A stretch of 64,000 nucleotides of DNA from the NCBI GenBank assembly GCA_041697335.1, contig JBGUGD010000014.1, forward strand, positions 81,802 through 145,801. Reading direction: 5' to 3'. Shown piece by piece: positions 30,204 to 40,499 of the stretch; the first letter of the stretch is position 1; each line of letters begins with the position of its first letter. The position numbers and the translations under genes are program-made. Source of the DNA: Vampirovibrionaceae bacterium NZW_1234 (GTDB lineage: Bacteria > Cyanobacteriota > Vampirovibrionia > Vampirovibrionales > JAGQHJ01). The notes under the pieces are model-generated. The model searched no databases. It was not told the origin of the DNA and worked only from the letters and a program-made list of their open reading frames with translations.

Positions 30204-31082
30204 ATGCGATTAACGTCCACCCAGCCCACTGTTTTCAATAATGTGATTCAGGCCGCCCAGCGCTTTAGCGGGGCGCTCACCGGCAATCGGCCGGTCCGGC
30301 TGCAGCAGGCCGAAGAGATTCTGCCCATTGCCGAAGATACCTTCAACGATCGGCCCTACAAAATCGCCATCGGGGGCTACCTGGACCAGCCCGAAGGCTA
30401 TAACCGCAATCGGGTAGGGAACTTCTTACGCCAACTCATTCGCAAGCTCCGCCCGGAAAAAGTTGGCCTAATTACCAGCCCCACAACCCTCCCTGAGAGC
30501 ATTGATGTGCTCACGACCGAAATCAGCCAAAAAATGAACGTTCCCGTCTGCTATATGACTTCTGAGCGCTATGCCAATAAAATCAACCCCGATCAGCTCC
30601 CTGAAAATGTGAGCGTGGCCAAATTCTTAGAGCAACCTAAGCATATTTTTCCCAACAATCCCGAATACGCCTGGGCAACCATCCTGGGCTCCAGCGTTCT
30701 CATCCCCACAGGAGGGCGTGCTGCCACGGTCACGGACTGGGTTAAAGCAGTCCAAACCGGCGATCATGCCATTGTTCTCCTCGATAACAAAAATATTAAA
30801 GACCCGGCCTGGGATCCTATGGCTCAAAAGCCTTTAAACGGCGTCCGCTACATCCTGGAACAAAGCCGAGCCTTCTTAAATGGGGAGCCGTTACCCCACC
30901 CCGAGTATGAAGGGTTTACTCGAAACTTCCTTGAAACGCACCGCGAAATCATCGAGTCTCAGGTCACCAGTGTTCCCTTGAGTGATGATGCCCAGGTTGC
31001 CTTCTCGGCAGAGCGGGCCTCACAATTCATCCGCAAAAAAGTCGGTGCGACAAGACCCGAAACCATGGCCATGGCCGTATAG
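30204..31082 (+). CDS. Hypothetical protein, possibly SLOG/LOG-like alpha/beta fold
   Basis: ATG with AGAGAGG RBS; KIAIGGY, GLITSPT and LIPTGGRAATVTD loosely resemble SLOG motifs. Confidence 0.65.
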   Translation: MRLTSTQPTVFNNVIQAAQRFSGALTGNRPVRLQQAEEILPIAEDTFNDRPYKIAIGGYLDQPEGYNRNRVGNFLRQLIRKLRPEKVGLITSPTTLPESIDVLTTEISQKMNVPVCYMTSERYANKINPDQLPENVSVAKFLEQPKHIFPNNPEYAWATILGSSVLIPTGGRAATVTDWVKAVQTGDHAIVLLDNKNIKDPAWDPMAQKPLNGVRYILEQSRAFLNGEPLPHPEYEGFTRNFLETHREIIESQVTSVPLSDDAQVAFSAERASQFIRKKVGATRPETMAMAV

Positions 31083-31229
31083 GCAACGTGGTCTGCACCT
31101 CGGCACGGCTCTCCACTTCAAAGACGAATTTCAGTCAGGCCCCTCACTCCGGTCAGGGGCCGCCTGCTATGATAGAGGGAATGGCATCTCTGGATCACCA
31201 TTAATTTCAGTTGAGAGCGAGGCTTCCAT

Positions 31230-32084
31230 ATGCATCCGTCCGATTCACCACCCCGTGATGTGGTCGATATTGTCATTACGGGCTATAAAAAAAGCCTTGG
31301 CTCTATTAAACCCTTGACGCTGGTGTCATTACCGGTCGTTCTCTTCAGTGCCATTACCATGGGCTGGCTTTACCCGGATGCCAACAGCATGAGCGACCAG
31401 GCTGCCAAGACCTTTAGCGAGGCCATGCAGCAGCTTCAACTGATGATTCCCATGATGGGGCTCTCGATTCTCAGTAGCCTTCTGACCTATTATGTCAGCA
31501 CCTTTGTGCTTCTCCAGTTCTTCCGGGATCTGTACCAGGGAGAGATTCAAGAGGATGTTTACACCTACCTGAGACCCACGCCAAAGGCGGGTGGTATTTT
31601 CGGCATCGCATTTTTCGTCTTTCTAGCGACACTCCTATCCATCGTTCTCATTGCACTCGGGCTTATCCTGCTGATTCTTCCGGGCCTCGCCCTTTTGTGC
31701 GGCTTTCTGGCTCTGTTGGCCCGAATATGCCTGGTCAACCACATTTATATCTCTGAGCCGGAAGTCGGATTCATCGACGCCTTTGGCAAAAGCTGGACGT
31801 TAACTCAAGGGTATTTCTGGCGCACGGTCGGCCTCTTGTGCCTCATGCTCCTGGCACAATTTTTCTTATCCATTCCCCTGTATATTGTCTCGGTCGTTAT
31901 GGGATTGCTGGCCGTCGTTGTTCAGATGTTCTCCGGCGCCTTTCCCATGGCCTTGCTCTATGTCCCCTTATTTGCGTTGACCTATTGGCTCAGTCTCGCC
32001 GTTACCAGCCCAGGCGCCATCTCCACCCTGCAAGGGTATTACCTGGATCTGAAGGCTCGTCAGACCCAGCGGTCCGTCACCTAA
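31230..32084 (+). CDS. Polytopic membrane protein (glycerophosphodiesterase membrane-domain-like)
   Basis: About six TM helices; E..GFIDAFGKSW.LT.G.FWR; C-terminal YYLDLKAR. Confidence 0.75.
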   Translation: MHPSDSPPRDVVDIVITGYKKSLGSIKPLTLVSLPVVLFSAITMGWLYPDANSMSDQAAKTFSEAMQQLQLMIPMMGLSILSSLLTYYVSTFVLLQFFRDLYQGEIQEDVYTYLRPTPKAGGIFGIAFFVFLATLLSIVLIALGLILLILPGLALLCGFLALLARICLVNHIYISEPEVGFIDAFGKSWTLTQGYFWRTVGLLCLMLLAQFFLSIPLYIVSVVMGLLAVVVQMFSGAFPMALLYVPLFALTYWLSLAVTSPGAISTLQGYYLDLKARQTQRSVT

Positions 32085-32187
32085 GCATTTAAGACATCTG
32101 TAATATTTTGTAAGAATCGCCCCTTTGCGGATGGATTTGAGATACAAGTAGATAGATTCGAAATCATCTCTCGTATAAGGATTATTT

Positions 32188-33054
32188 ATGATGCCGCTTT
32201 CCATCCAGCCCCCATCAAGGCGTATCTCAGACGTAATGCCACGCCCTGCGGCCACATCGTCGCTTCGCTCAAAGGCCCCTCATGTGACTCGCTTTGGAAA
32301 CACAACGAGTGAGGCGCCTTCTGCGCAAAGAAACTGGCCGAGCATACTGGCCCAAGTATTTCGTCCCAGCGCATGGCTGCCAGCCGGGTGGACCTTAAAG
32401 CCCTTGAAAACCGAACTGTATGGGCAGGGGTTTATCAGTATCGGGCGTTCCCTGGCAGAGCTGAATGCAGGCCGCCCACTGATTTTGGAAAAGCAGACCG
32501 GGCCACATGAGGGACATTTCACCGCCCGCATTGAAAGTGTGCTTCCCCTCAAAATGACACCGGAAGATTATCACACCAAGAAACCCCTCAGCCCTGAGCC
32601 GTTGATTCTCAATACCATGCTGTACCTCAGCACCGCAGGCAGCCCGGATATGTCCCAATGGGCCCAGCTAGTCAAACCCGGGCGAAACGTAGCCCATCTC
32701 AGCCTGGAAGATTTGGAGGGGGCCTCTGAAGCCCTACAGAAATTCTATGCCAAAGAACTCCTGCCTCAATTTCAAAAGGCTCTAAAACCGATTGGCCGAG
32801 GGGGTACGACCACCGCCGTCCAGGCTTACCGACGGATCGATCAAATCCTGGTCGCCCCACTGAGAGCCTTGCCGGACAAAAAGCGGGGGAATTCCTTTCA
32901 CGTTGGGACCATAAGCCTCAAAGGGATCCCCTTTAACGTCTACTACGCCAATACGGCCATCTACCCGACCGATCGGGAGGTCCATAAAACCTGGCACCCC
33001 TCTCCCACGGATCGCTTGATTTCACTGGACAAGGCTCGCACACTCTACCCATAG
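32188..33054 (+). CDS. Hypothetical protein (288 aa) with low-complexity N-terminus
   Basis: AAGGA RBS; Ser/Pro-rich N-terminus ending in VTRFG. Confidence 0.7.
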   Translation: MMPLSIQPPSRRISDVMPRPAATSSLRSKAPHVTRFGNTTSEAPSAQRNWPSILAQVFRPSAWLPAGWTLKPLKTELYGQGFISIGRSLAELNAGRPLILEKQTGPHEGHFTARIESVLPLKMTPEDYHTKKPLSPEPLILNTMLYLSTAGSPDMSQWAQLVKPGRNVAHLSLEDLEGASEALQKFYAKELLPQFQKALKPIGRGGTTTAVQAYRRIDQILVAPLRALPDKKRGNSFHVGTISLKGIPFNVYYANTAIYPTDREVHKTWHPSPTDRLISLDKARTLYP

Positions 33055-33071
33055 CGGCGCCTTGGCAGAGA

Positions 33072-34823
33072 TTAGATCGTTGCCGAGACATCAGGTTCCT
33101 GTTGATGGACCTCGGAAACCATGAGGCGATTGATAACCTCCGGGTCTACGGTCATATTCACCGATTTTTCGTGAGTATAGGTGACGTGGCCGGGATAGCT
33201 GTTGGGAATTTTACGCACATAGCGAGCCTCGGTATACACCACGGGAACATTGACACTATCACGGCCCTGGCTGTAGTAGACAGCGACCATGGCGGCCTCG
33301 GCTAACGTGGAATCCGGAATTGCTCTCTTCTCGGACTTGATGAGGACATGCGAGCCGGGAATCAGATGGGTATGCAACCAGAGATCTTCGGTTCGAGAGA
33401 GCTTGCCCACAATCATGTCATTTTGAAGTCCGTTTCGCCCCACCAGAATGGTAAAGCCGTCTGACGACACCAAGGATAAGGGCATGGCGCGCTGCTGTTT
33501 CTGGCCTTTTTTCTGAGTCTCCAGAGGCTTCACCCAGCCTTGCTGAACCATGTCCTGACGGATCTCATCCAGCTCAGTCTCCTGGGTGGCATTCTGAACG
33601 GCCACCAGAAGGGTTTCCATATAGTCCTGGGCATAAGTCAGCTGTTCTCCCGTCTCCATGGCCATCTGTTGACGAGCCTGGGCCTTTTTATAGCGCCGAT
33701 AATACAGCTGGGCGTTTTCCAAAAGAGACAGGGTCGGATCCAGCTCGATGGCGATTGATTCACCGGAGCTAAACTCTTGCAGTTCAATCCGATTCCCGGG
33801 GGTGGTCTGCTGCTGACTGTGAGCAATGGTGAGCAGATCCCCCATGGTTTTCAAGCGCTCAATCACCTCGGGGCTGGAGCGCTCCAGTTCTTGCAAGCGT
33901 TTCTGCACTTTTTTCTTCTGGGCTAAAAGCGCCTGGCTCAACTGGGTACGTTTCTGGCTCAAACGCTGTGTCAACAGGTGGTGCAGGTAGTAGGTTTGAA
34001 CCAGCTTGGTGAGTGACCCCATGGGCATCCAGTCAGGATCCTGCTGATGTGCGGGCACAAGGGAGAATCGGCTGAAATCACGGCGAATCATCGGCGACAG
34101 ATGGTCGCCAGCCACCAGATCCTTAAAGGCCCGGTACGCTTGATACGGATCCGGGTAGGCCGTCAACACATCCGTCAAAACCGCCTTACCGGTACCTACA
34201 AATTCCCGGGTCAGGCGTTCTGCCGGATCGGTTTGCTGCTGATTCGCCTGGGAAACCATGGAGACAAACTCCGACTCGACAATCGTCCGAATGGGATGAC
34301 GCGGGGGCTTTGGCGGCGGCATATAGGGATAGCCCACGCTGATCTCCCGTTCCCGACTCATGTGTTCTGACACCCCATGGGCGCAGCCGATAATCATGTT
34401 GATGTCCGAATGATACAGAATGATGTTGCTGTTCTTGCCCATCAACTCCAGGGACAAGACCAACTGCACCTCCTGGCCCAGCTCATTATAGTTGTCCATC
34501 TCGATATTCAACACCCGCTCATCCGGCAGTGCCGAGACCCGAGTAATCCGAGCGGACGTCAGGTGTTTGCGAAGCACCATACAAAAATTGGGTGCCAGTG
34601 CGGGAACAGTAACAAAAGACGAATCCTCGACCAGGGCACAAAAGGCGTACTCCGGTCGGATATTGATGTAGAGCTTCTGACGAGAGGCCTGCCCCCCTAC
34701 CCATAAGTGCAATAACAACTCATGATGGCTGGGTTGCTGGATCTTGTTAATCTTGCCATCGGCCAGTTTTACATCCAGCTCCGCCGCATAATGCCAGAGC
34801 GTCAGGGCATCAAGGGGTTGCAT
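33072..34823 (-). CDS. rqcH: Ribosome quality control protein RqcH / FbpA (NFACT)
   Basis: KIQQP, NFCMVLRKHL, ELMGKNSNIIL, ENAQ.YY..YKK, VGRNGLQND, WLHTH..PGSHV. Confidence 0.93.
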   Translation of the reverse strand: MQPLDALTLWHYAAELDVKLADGKINKIQQPSHHELLLHLWVGGQASRQKLYINIRPEYAFCALVEDSSFVTVPALAPNFCMVLRKHLTSARITRVSALPDERVLNIEMDNYNELGQEVQLVLSLELMGKNSNIILYHSDINMIIGCAHGVSEHMSREREISVGYPYMPPPKPPRHPIRTIVESEFVSMVSQANQQQTDPAERLTREFVGTGKAVLTDVLTAYPDPYQAYRAFKDLVAGDHLSPMIRRDFSRFSLVPAHQQDPDWMPMGSLTKLVQTYYLHHLLTQRLSQKRTQLSQALLAQKKKVQKRLQELERSSPEVIERLKTMGDLLTIAHSQQQTTPGNRIELQEFSSGESIAIELDPTLSLLENAQLYYRRYKKAQARQQMAMETGEQLTYAQDYMETLLVAVQNATQETELDEIRQDMVQQGWVKPLETQKKGQKQQRAMPLSLVSSDGFTILVGRNGLQNDMIVGKLSRTEDLWLHTHLIPGSHVLIKSEKRAIPDSTLAEAAMVAVYYSQGRDSVNVPVVYTEARYVRKIPNSYPGHVTYTHEKSVNMTVDPEVINRLMVSEVHQQEPDVSATI

Positions 34824-35314
34824 CAGGACACAGTCTGATAACTCTCACGGATGCGCTGAATCAGGTTGGTCGTGCTGCGCCCTTCCACCATGGGGATAAA
34901 GGCAAGCTGGGTTCCCAGGCTTTCCAAAAGCTTGGCTTCAGGAAGTGTTTCCGCAGAATAGTCGGCGCCTTTGACATGAATATCCGGGCGAATCTGCTCC
35001 AGGGTGGCCATGGGGGTGTCATCGCTAAAAACGGTGACAAAGTCGACACAGGCCAACCCGGCCAACATCTCGGCCCGCTCCGCCTCAGGCACAATGGGTC
35101 TGGAGGGACCTTTCAGGCGCTTGACCGAGTCGTCGGAGTTCAACAACACCACCAACAGATCCCCGGTTTCCCGGGCTGCCTGCAGGTAGCGCAAATGCCC
35201 CACATGAAGGACATCGAAACACCCATTCGTGGTAACAACCCGCTGATCTGCCTTGCGACATGCCTCCAATGCCTGCAACAACTCGAGAGTGGATTTGATT
35301 TTATCCTGAGACAT
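34823..35314 (-). CDS. rfaE2: D-glycero-beta-D-manno-heptose 1-phosphate adenylyltransferase (RfaE domain II)
   Basis: TNGCFDVLHVGH, LNSDDSVKRLKG..RP, KGADY, GRSTT. Confidence 0.92.
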   Translation of the reverse strand: MSQDKIKSTLELLQALEACRKADQRVVTTNGCFDVLHVGHLRYLQAARETGDLLVVLLNSDDSVKRLKGPSRPIVPEAERAEMLAGLACVDFVTVFSDDTPMATLEQIRPDIHVKGADYSAETLPEAKLLESLGTQLAFIPMVEGRSTTNLIQRIRESYQTVS

Positions 35315-35319
35315 CGGCG

Positions 35320-36441
35320 TTATTTCTTTCCTGCCTTGGCATCAGCCGCCTGTGACGGTCCATGGGCTTCGGCTTTGCCAAAGTCATACTCGGGCTTGAT
35401 GTCAATTTTGGCCGTCTGCTTTTCTTTTTGCAGCCACTCTTCCATAGTTTGCGAACGCTTGGAGTTCTCCAGGAACGTGATCAACTGGGTCTTCACTTCA
35501 TCAAAGCTCCGGCTCCGAGGGGCTTTGCGATCAAGCACTTCAACAATATGGTACCCGAAGGGGCTGACCACCAACTTGTCGTGAATTTGTCCGGGCTTGG
35601 TGGAAAACGCCGCCTCGGAGAAGGGCTGAACCATGGTTTCCTTGGAGAAATAACCCAGGTCGCCGCCTTGTTTGGCACTGGCCGTGTCATCGGAATTTTT
35701 CTCGGCCAAACGAGGAAAGTCTGCGGGTTTCAATTTCACTTCCGCTAAAATTTGCTCGGCTTTCTTCTTCTTGTCGGCCAGAGTTGCCTCAACCTGTTTA
35801 TCAATTTCAGCCTGGGAGGCCGTGGGCTTGATCTTTTTAATATCCTGCTCCACTTGCTTGCGATCGGCCGCAATCAGGATATGCCGGGCTTTGACCTGCT
35901 CGGGCTCGTTGAACTGATTGGTATGGGTATTGTAGAACTTGCGGGCTTCGGCCTCGGACACCTTTACTTTGTCACCAGCGATAGCCGAAACCAACTTATC
36001 CCGCAGCAACTGCAGCTTCAGTTGCTCTTTATAATCCTTGGCAGACAGCCCCATTTTGCTGAGCTGTTCGTTCACCACTTTTTCCCCGCCCAAATCTCGC
36101 ACCTGGGTATTGTAGGTTTTGTCTACATCGGCATCCGTGACGACGAGCTTTCGTTTTTCGGCTTCCTGCTCAACCAGGGACTGCAAAATTAAGGCATCCA
36201 TGGTCATTTTTTTGAACATATCGGCCATGGCCTGGTATTTGGGATCTTTCATGGTTTTTTCATCCAGGCGCATCATCTTCATGGTCCGAGTGTAGGTTTC
36301 ATCAAACTCGGCCCTGGTAATGGCCGCATCATTAACGGTTGCCACTTTTTCCTTGGACATCAGTCCGGAGCCGGAACAGCCAAAAAACAGGGTAATTGCC
36401 AGCATACCAGCCAGAATAGAGCGCTTGGGGGTCATCAACAT
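35320..36441 (-). CDS. PrsA/SurA-like parvulin peptidyl-prolyl isomerase lipoprotein
   Basis: Lipobox-like FFGC, VATVN, ARHILI, GGDLGYF...MV..F, SPFGYHI. Confidence 0.9.
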   Translation of the reverse strand: MLMTPKRSILAGMLAITLFFGCSGSGLMSKEKVATVNDAAITRAEFDETYTRTMKMMRLDEKTMKDPKYQAMADMFKKMTMDALILQSLVEQEAEKRKLVVTDADVDKTYNTQVRDLGGEKVVNEQLSKMGLSAKDYKEQLKLQLLRDKLVSAIAGDKVKVSEAEARKFYNTHTNQFNEPEQVKARHILIAADRKQVEQDIKKIKPTASQAEIDKQVEATLADKKKKAEQILAEVKLKPADFPRLAEKNSDDTASAKQGGDLGYFSKETMVQPFSEAAFSTKPGQIHDKLVVSPFGYHIVEVLDRKAPRSRSFDEVKTQLITFLENSKRSQTMEEWLQKEKQTAKIDIKPEYDFGKAEAHGPSQAADAKAGKK

Positions 36442-36744
36442 CTTGGAATCCTCTTACCAACGTCATCTCCATTGCCCCAACTATAAACATCCATACGGGG
36501 CCATGAGGTGGAGTGTGATCAAGATGTTACTCCAATTGCCTCTGTGAGCCAAGTCATTTACCTGAGTCACACGCCCCCGGCAATCCACATTGACCAGGGA
36601 ATGCCGACTGGGTCCTATCTTGGGGGTGAGGACTTGCACTGGTAATTTTTGTGTTATAGTTTTGAATCACAACTGACTGATAGATTGAGCACCATGAGTG
36701 CCCCCCCTAACCTAAACGACCAGAAAGAAAGGATCAGTTCCACC

Positions 36745-37224
36745 ATGCAAGTCATTTTAGTCAAAGATGTGGACAGCCTTGGCGAAAGCGGCGAAGTTTG
36801 CAATGTGTCCGATGGGTATGCACGGAACTTCCTCTTTCCGCAAGGATTGGCCCTGCAAGCCACCAAAGGGTCACTGAAAGATTTGGAAACCCGCCGTGAG
36901 CGCTTACGGGTAAAAGCTGAAAAGAAACATCAGGAAGACCTGGCCCGAGCCCAGAAGGTACAAGACATTGGCACCCTGGTTTTATCCGCCCGTGCCGGTG
37001 AACAGGGCAAACTGTTCGGCGCCGTGACCACCAAAGAATTATCCCGCCTGATTACTGAAAAATCCGGGCTGGAAATCGACCGGAAAAACCTCAAGCTCAA
37101 CCACCCCATTAACCGTCTGGGTGACTACGAGCTCCAAATCCGGTTCTCGCCCAAAGTTCAAGCCACCTTGCCCGTGCAAGTGGTTGCCGATGAAGACAGC
37201 GACTACGACCTGCCTTCCGCTTAA
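36745..37224 (+). CDS. rplI: 50S ribosomal protein L9
   Basis: [12 protein letters not shown]...[28 protein letters not shown]. Confidence 0.97.
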   Translation: MQVILVKDVDSLGESGEVCNVSDGYARNFLFPQGLALQATKGSLKDLETRRERLRVKAEKKHQEDLARAQKVQDIGTLVLSARAGEQGKLFGAVTTKELSRLITEKSGLEIDRKNLKLNHPINRLGDYELQIRFSPKVQATLPVQVVADEDSDYDLPSA

Positions 37225-37246
37225 TCTCGCACATTATTAAACACGT

Positions 37247-37278
37247 AAACACCAGGCTCGAAAACAGCCTGGTGTTTT
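37247..37278. terminator. Bidirectional intrinsic terminator
   Basis: AAACACCAGGCT-N7-AGCCTGGTGTTT between rplI and a convergent ORF. Confidence 0.85.
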
Positions 37279-37297
37279 GTATTCGATTTGTTTTTCT

Positions 37298-37810
37298 TTA
37301 AAGTGCCATTCCATTGTTATTCCCAAGCATTTGATTGGCCCGCTGCATCCGCTGGCGGTAATTCTGAGCCATTTGCCTGAATTGCTGGGCCTGCTCTGCA
37401 TTGCCTTCGTTTTCCCGTTGCTGTGCTAGGCGCCCCAGGTAATCCGATTGGGAATTAAAGTAATGCACAGCCAGACGAAGCCATTGCTGCTGCTGCCCAC
37501 GGTTCTGAGCATTGCTGAATCCTTGAACAATAGCCGCTTCCAATTGCTGGCTCCGGCCCCATTCCATGTTTTCGATGCGTCGGCGCTGGGCGTTATTGGG
37601 ACGATTCAAGTTCCAATTACGCATCTGCTCCATCTGATTCTGAAATTGAATCAGATTTCTTAAGGTCATGTTCAGCTGCACTTGCTGTAAGCGTTGCTGA
37701 GTAATACCGTTGATGTTTCCACCATTACCGCCGCCGCCGTTCAATCGGGACTGCGCAGCATTCATACGTTGTCGAAGTTGACCTTGCACAAGATCAGTCA
37801 AAAATCCCAT
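37298..37810 (-). CDS. Gln/Asn/Arg-rich hypothetical protein
   Basis: 170-aa ORF with consistently biased composition, ending next to a terminator. The ORF is open to 37840. Confidence 0.65.
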   Translation of the reverse strand: MGFLTDLVQGQLRQRMNAAQSRLNGGGGNGGNINGITQQRLQQVQLNMTLRNLIQFQNQMEQMRNWNLNRPNNAQRRRIENMEWGRSQQLEAAIVQGFSNAQNRGQQQQWLRLAVHYFNSQSDYLGRLAQQRENEGNAEQAQQFRQMAQNYRQRMQRANQMLGNNNGMAL

Positions 37811-38214
37811 ATGTAATAACCCAACCTGATTGTCACACATATATATAAAAACAATCTTTGTGATTTTTTTGCTAGTGCTTTTTTAAATGTTGGCCCACCA
37901 CCCCTAAACCGGCTCGGGGCTGAATGTCTTGTATGGTTGCAAGGACCAGCAGAGATGGAGAATGATATCTACGGTGTCGTCCTTTTATCACCGCGAATAA
38001 CATACGCAGTTTTCTCAGAACCCATCTCATCCAAATGGCGGGGTAGAGCCAACATTCTCCTCTGGATTGAGGAGTTTGATTCACAAGGGGTTTGGGCACA
38101 AGGCCCGCCATAACGCCCTTCTGGTAGCAGTTCCACCAAACAATGGATGAAAGAGATCGGTCATCAAGGCTACGCTGACAGTAGTGTGAAATCCCGATGA
38201 GAGAGCGTGGTGAC

Positions 38215-38775
38215 ATGGTTTACCCCCTGGGCATAGAAAACGCAAAACAACGGATTCAGGAAATTCGAGCCCGTTTTGAGGCCTTTCAGCCTCCGGCAAC
38301 AGTCTCGTCTTCCAGCGGCACGTCGTTTGATGCGCTTTTAAACCAGCACCTTGAGGATCCCATCAACAGTACGGAAACACCCGAGTCCTTGAACCGCCTG
38401 GTCAATGAGCAAGCCTCCGAGGTCGGGTTGGATCAGAATCTCATCAAAGCTGTGATCAAAGCCGAATCCGGATTTAACCCCAATGCTGTCTCTAAAGCAG
38501 GCGCTGTGGGGCTAATGCAACTCATGCCTGAAACCGGACGACAAATGGGTGTAGAACACCTGACCAATCCGGCAGAAAACATCCAAGGCGGATCCCGTTA
38601 CCTGAAATCCCTGTTGGACAAATATCAGGATGTTCCTCGGGCCTTGGCTGCTTATAACGCAGGCCCTGGTGCCGTGGATCGGTTCCAGGGGATCCCTCCC
38701 TACAAGGAAACCCAGAATTATGTCAAACGGGTGCTGAGCTATCAGCATCAGTTCGAAATGGCCGGGAAGGAGTAA
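38215..38775 (+). CDS. Lytic transglycosylase (SLT), flagellum-associated by position
   Basis: AVIKAESGFNP.AVS.AGAVGLMQLMP, ALAAYNAGPG, ETQNYV; directly upstream of flgF. Confidence 0.92.
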   Translation: MVYPLGIENAKQRIQEIRARFEAFQPPATVSSSSGTSFDALLNQHLEDPINSTETPESLNRLVNEQASEVGLDQNLIKAVIKAESGFNPNAVSKAGAVGLMQLMPETGRQMGVEHLTNPAENIQGGSRYLKSLLDKYQDVPRALAAYNAGPGAVDRFQGIPPYKETQNYVKRVLSYQHQFEMAGKE

Positions 38776-38782
38776 CCGCCCC

Positions 38783-39556
38783 ATGATTAAAGGTATTTAC
38801 ACCGCCGCCGCCGGTATGGTGACTCAAATGATCCAAGCGGACATTACCGCCGACAATCTGGCCAATATCAATACACCAGGTTTTAAAACGTCCAGCGCAC
38901 AGTTTCAGTCCTTTGGCGAAGCCCTTATCAGTCGTATGAGCAAACAGGACGGTGTGAACCCCATTGGCAAAACCAGCTACGGTTCTCAGCTTTACGGTAG
39001 CAGTATTAACTTCCAGGCCGGTGATTTGGTTCAAACCGGCAATCCGCTGGATCTGGCTATTCACGGTGATGGTTTCTTCGTCGTTAAACCCCAAGGGAGT
39101 ACAGAAAACATTTATACCCGAGCCGGGAACTTTACCCAAAGCCCGGAAGGGAAAGTGATTACGCCCGAAGGCGCAGTGTTACAGCTGGACAAAGGGGAAG
39201 GACAGATGGTTGATGCTGTGATCCCCAAGGGAGCTCGACAAATTGCCATCAACAATCAGGGCGAGCTTCGGGTGGATGGCAATCTGCTGGGCAAAATCAA
39301 AGTCGCCCAGTTTGAAGACCCTCATGCGCTAAAGCGTTTGGGAGCTGCCACATTCAGTTCCGAAAAGCCCCCCCTGGCCCAAGCCACCCAGGTGACCCTG
39401 GAACAGGGCTTTATCGAGCGTTCCAACGGCAACGCCATTTCTGAACTGGTCAACTCCATGACGGGGCTCAGAGCCTACGAAACCATGCAAAAAAGCATTT
39501 CCTTTCAGAATCAAACCCTGGAAAAACTGATGAATGAAGTGGGTAAGAGTAGCTGA
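38783..39556 (+). CDS. flgF: Flagellar basal-body rod protein FlgF
   Basis: GIYTAAAGM, DNLANINTPGFK, TGNPLDLAI.GDGFF, YTRAGNF, E.SN; precedes flgG. Confidence 0.88.
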   Translation: MIKGIYTAAAGMVTQMIQADITADNLANINTPGFKTSSAQFQSFGEALISRMSKQDGVNPIGKTSYGSQLYGSSINFQAGDLVQTGNPLDLAIHGDGFFVVKPQGSTENIYTRAGNFTQSPEGKVITPEGAVLQLDKGEGQMVDAVIPKGARQIAINNQGELRVDGNLLGKIKVAQFEDPHALKRLGAATFSSEKPPLAQATQVTLEQGFIERSNGNAISELVNSMTGLRAYETMQKSISFQNQTLEKLMNEVGKSS

Positions 39557-39675
39557 ACACAGAGGATATAACGAGAGTTCAAGGAACATTTCCCGATGAG
39601 AAGAGAAGTCAGAGAGAGTGAAAAAATGCCTCAACCCGAATCCCGAGGCCCAAAGCAATTGGAGGGTAACTGTAC

Positions 39676-40467
39676 ATGCTAAGAGCGCTTTATACCGCAG
39701 CCACCGGCGCTAAATGTCAACAAGTGAATATGGACGTTATCTCCAACAACGTGGCCAACGTCAACACGACCGGCTTTAAAAAAGTCCGGGCCGAGTTTCA
39801 GGATCTCTTGAGTCAAACCTTCAAGACCCCTGGAACCATTGGTGATCAAGGGACCACACTGCCCACAGGGGTCCAGGTAGGCTTAGGGGTTAAAACCACA
39901 GCGACTCAACGAATCTTTACCCCCGGATCGATCTTTGACACAGGTAATGCCCTGGATGTAGCCATTGAAGGGGACGGCTTCTTCAAAGTTCAGCTGGATA
40001 ACGGCGAATTCGGCTACACCCGGGATGGCAGCTTCAAGCGTGATGCCAACGGGCAGTTGGTCACCTCCGACGGCTTTGTGGTCCAACCGGCAATGACTAT
40101 TCCCAACAACGCTGCCGAAATTTCAATCGATAAAAATGGGACCGTCTCCGTTCGTCAGGCCGGAAGCGAGGTTCTGACCCAGGTCGGTCAGCTGATTATG
40201 GTGAAGTTTGCCAACCCTGCCGGCCTGATTGCCATGGGACACAACCTCCACCGTGTAACACCGGCAGCCGGGGACCCCATTGAGGGGATTGCAACCCAGG
40301 GCGACTTTGCCTCGACCATGGTGATGCAGGGGGTCTTGGAAAGCTCCAACGTTCAAATTGTCGAAGAACTCATCAACCTGATTACAGCCCAAAGAGCCTT
40401 TGAAGCCAACTCCAACGTGATGAAGGCCTCGGATGAAATGCTGCAACGGGTCAACAACATTGTATAA
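39676..40467 (+). CDS. flgG: Flagellar distal rod protein FlgG
   Basis: MLRALYTAATG, NNVANVNTTGFKK.RAEFQDLL, QVGLGV, YTRDGSF, QRAFEANS..DEML. Confidence 0.95.
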   Translation: MLRALYTAATGAKCQQVNMDVISNNVANVNTTGFKKVRAEFQDLLSQTFKTPGTIGDQGTTLPTGVQVGLGVKTTATQRIFTPGSIFDTGNALDVAIEGDGFFKVQLDNGEFGYTRDGSFKRDANGQLVTSDGFVVQPAMTIPNNAAEISIDKNGTVSVRQAGSEVLTQVGQLIMVKFANPAGLIAMGHNLHRVTPAAGDPIEGIATQGDFASTMVMQGVLESSNVQIVEELINLITAQRAFEANSNVMKASDEMLQRVNNIV

Positions 40468-40499
40468 AGCAATTATCGTAGATAACTGAGGATCATTCT

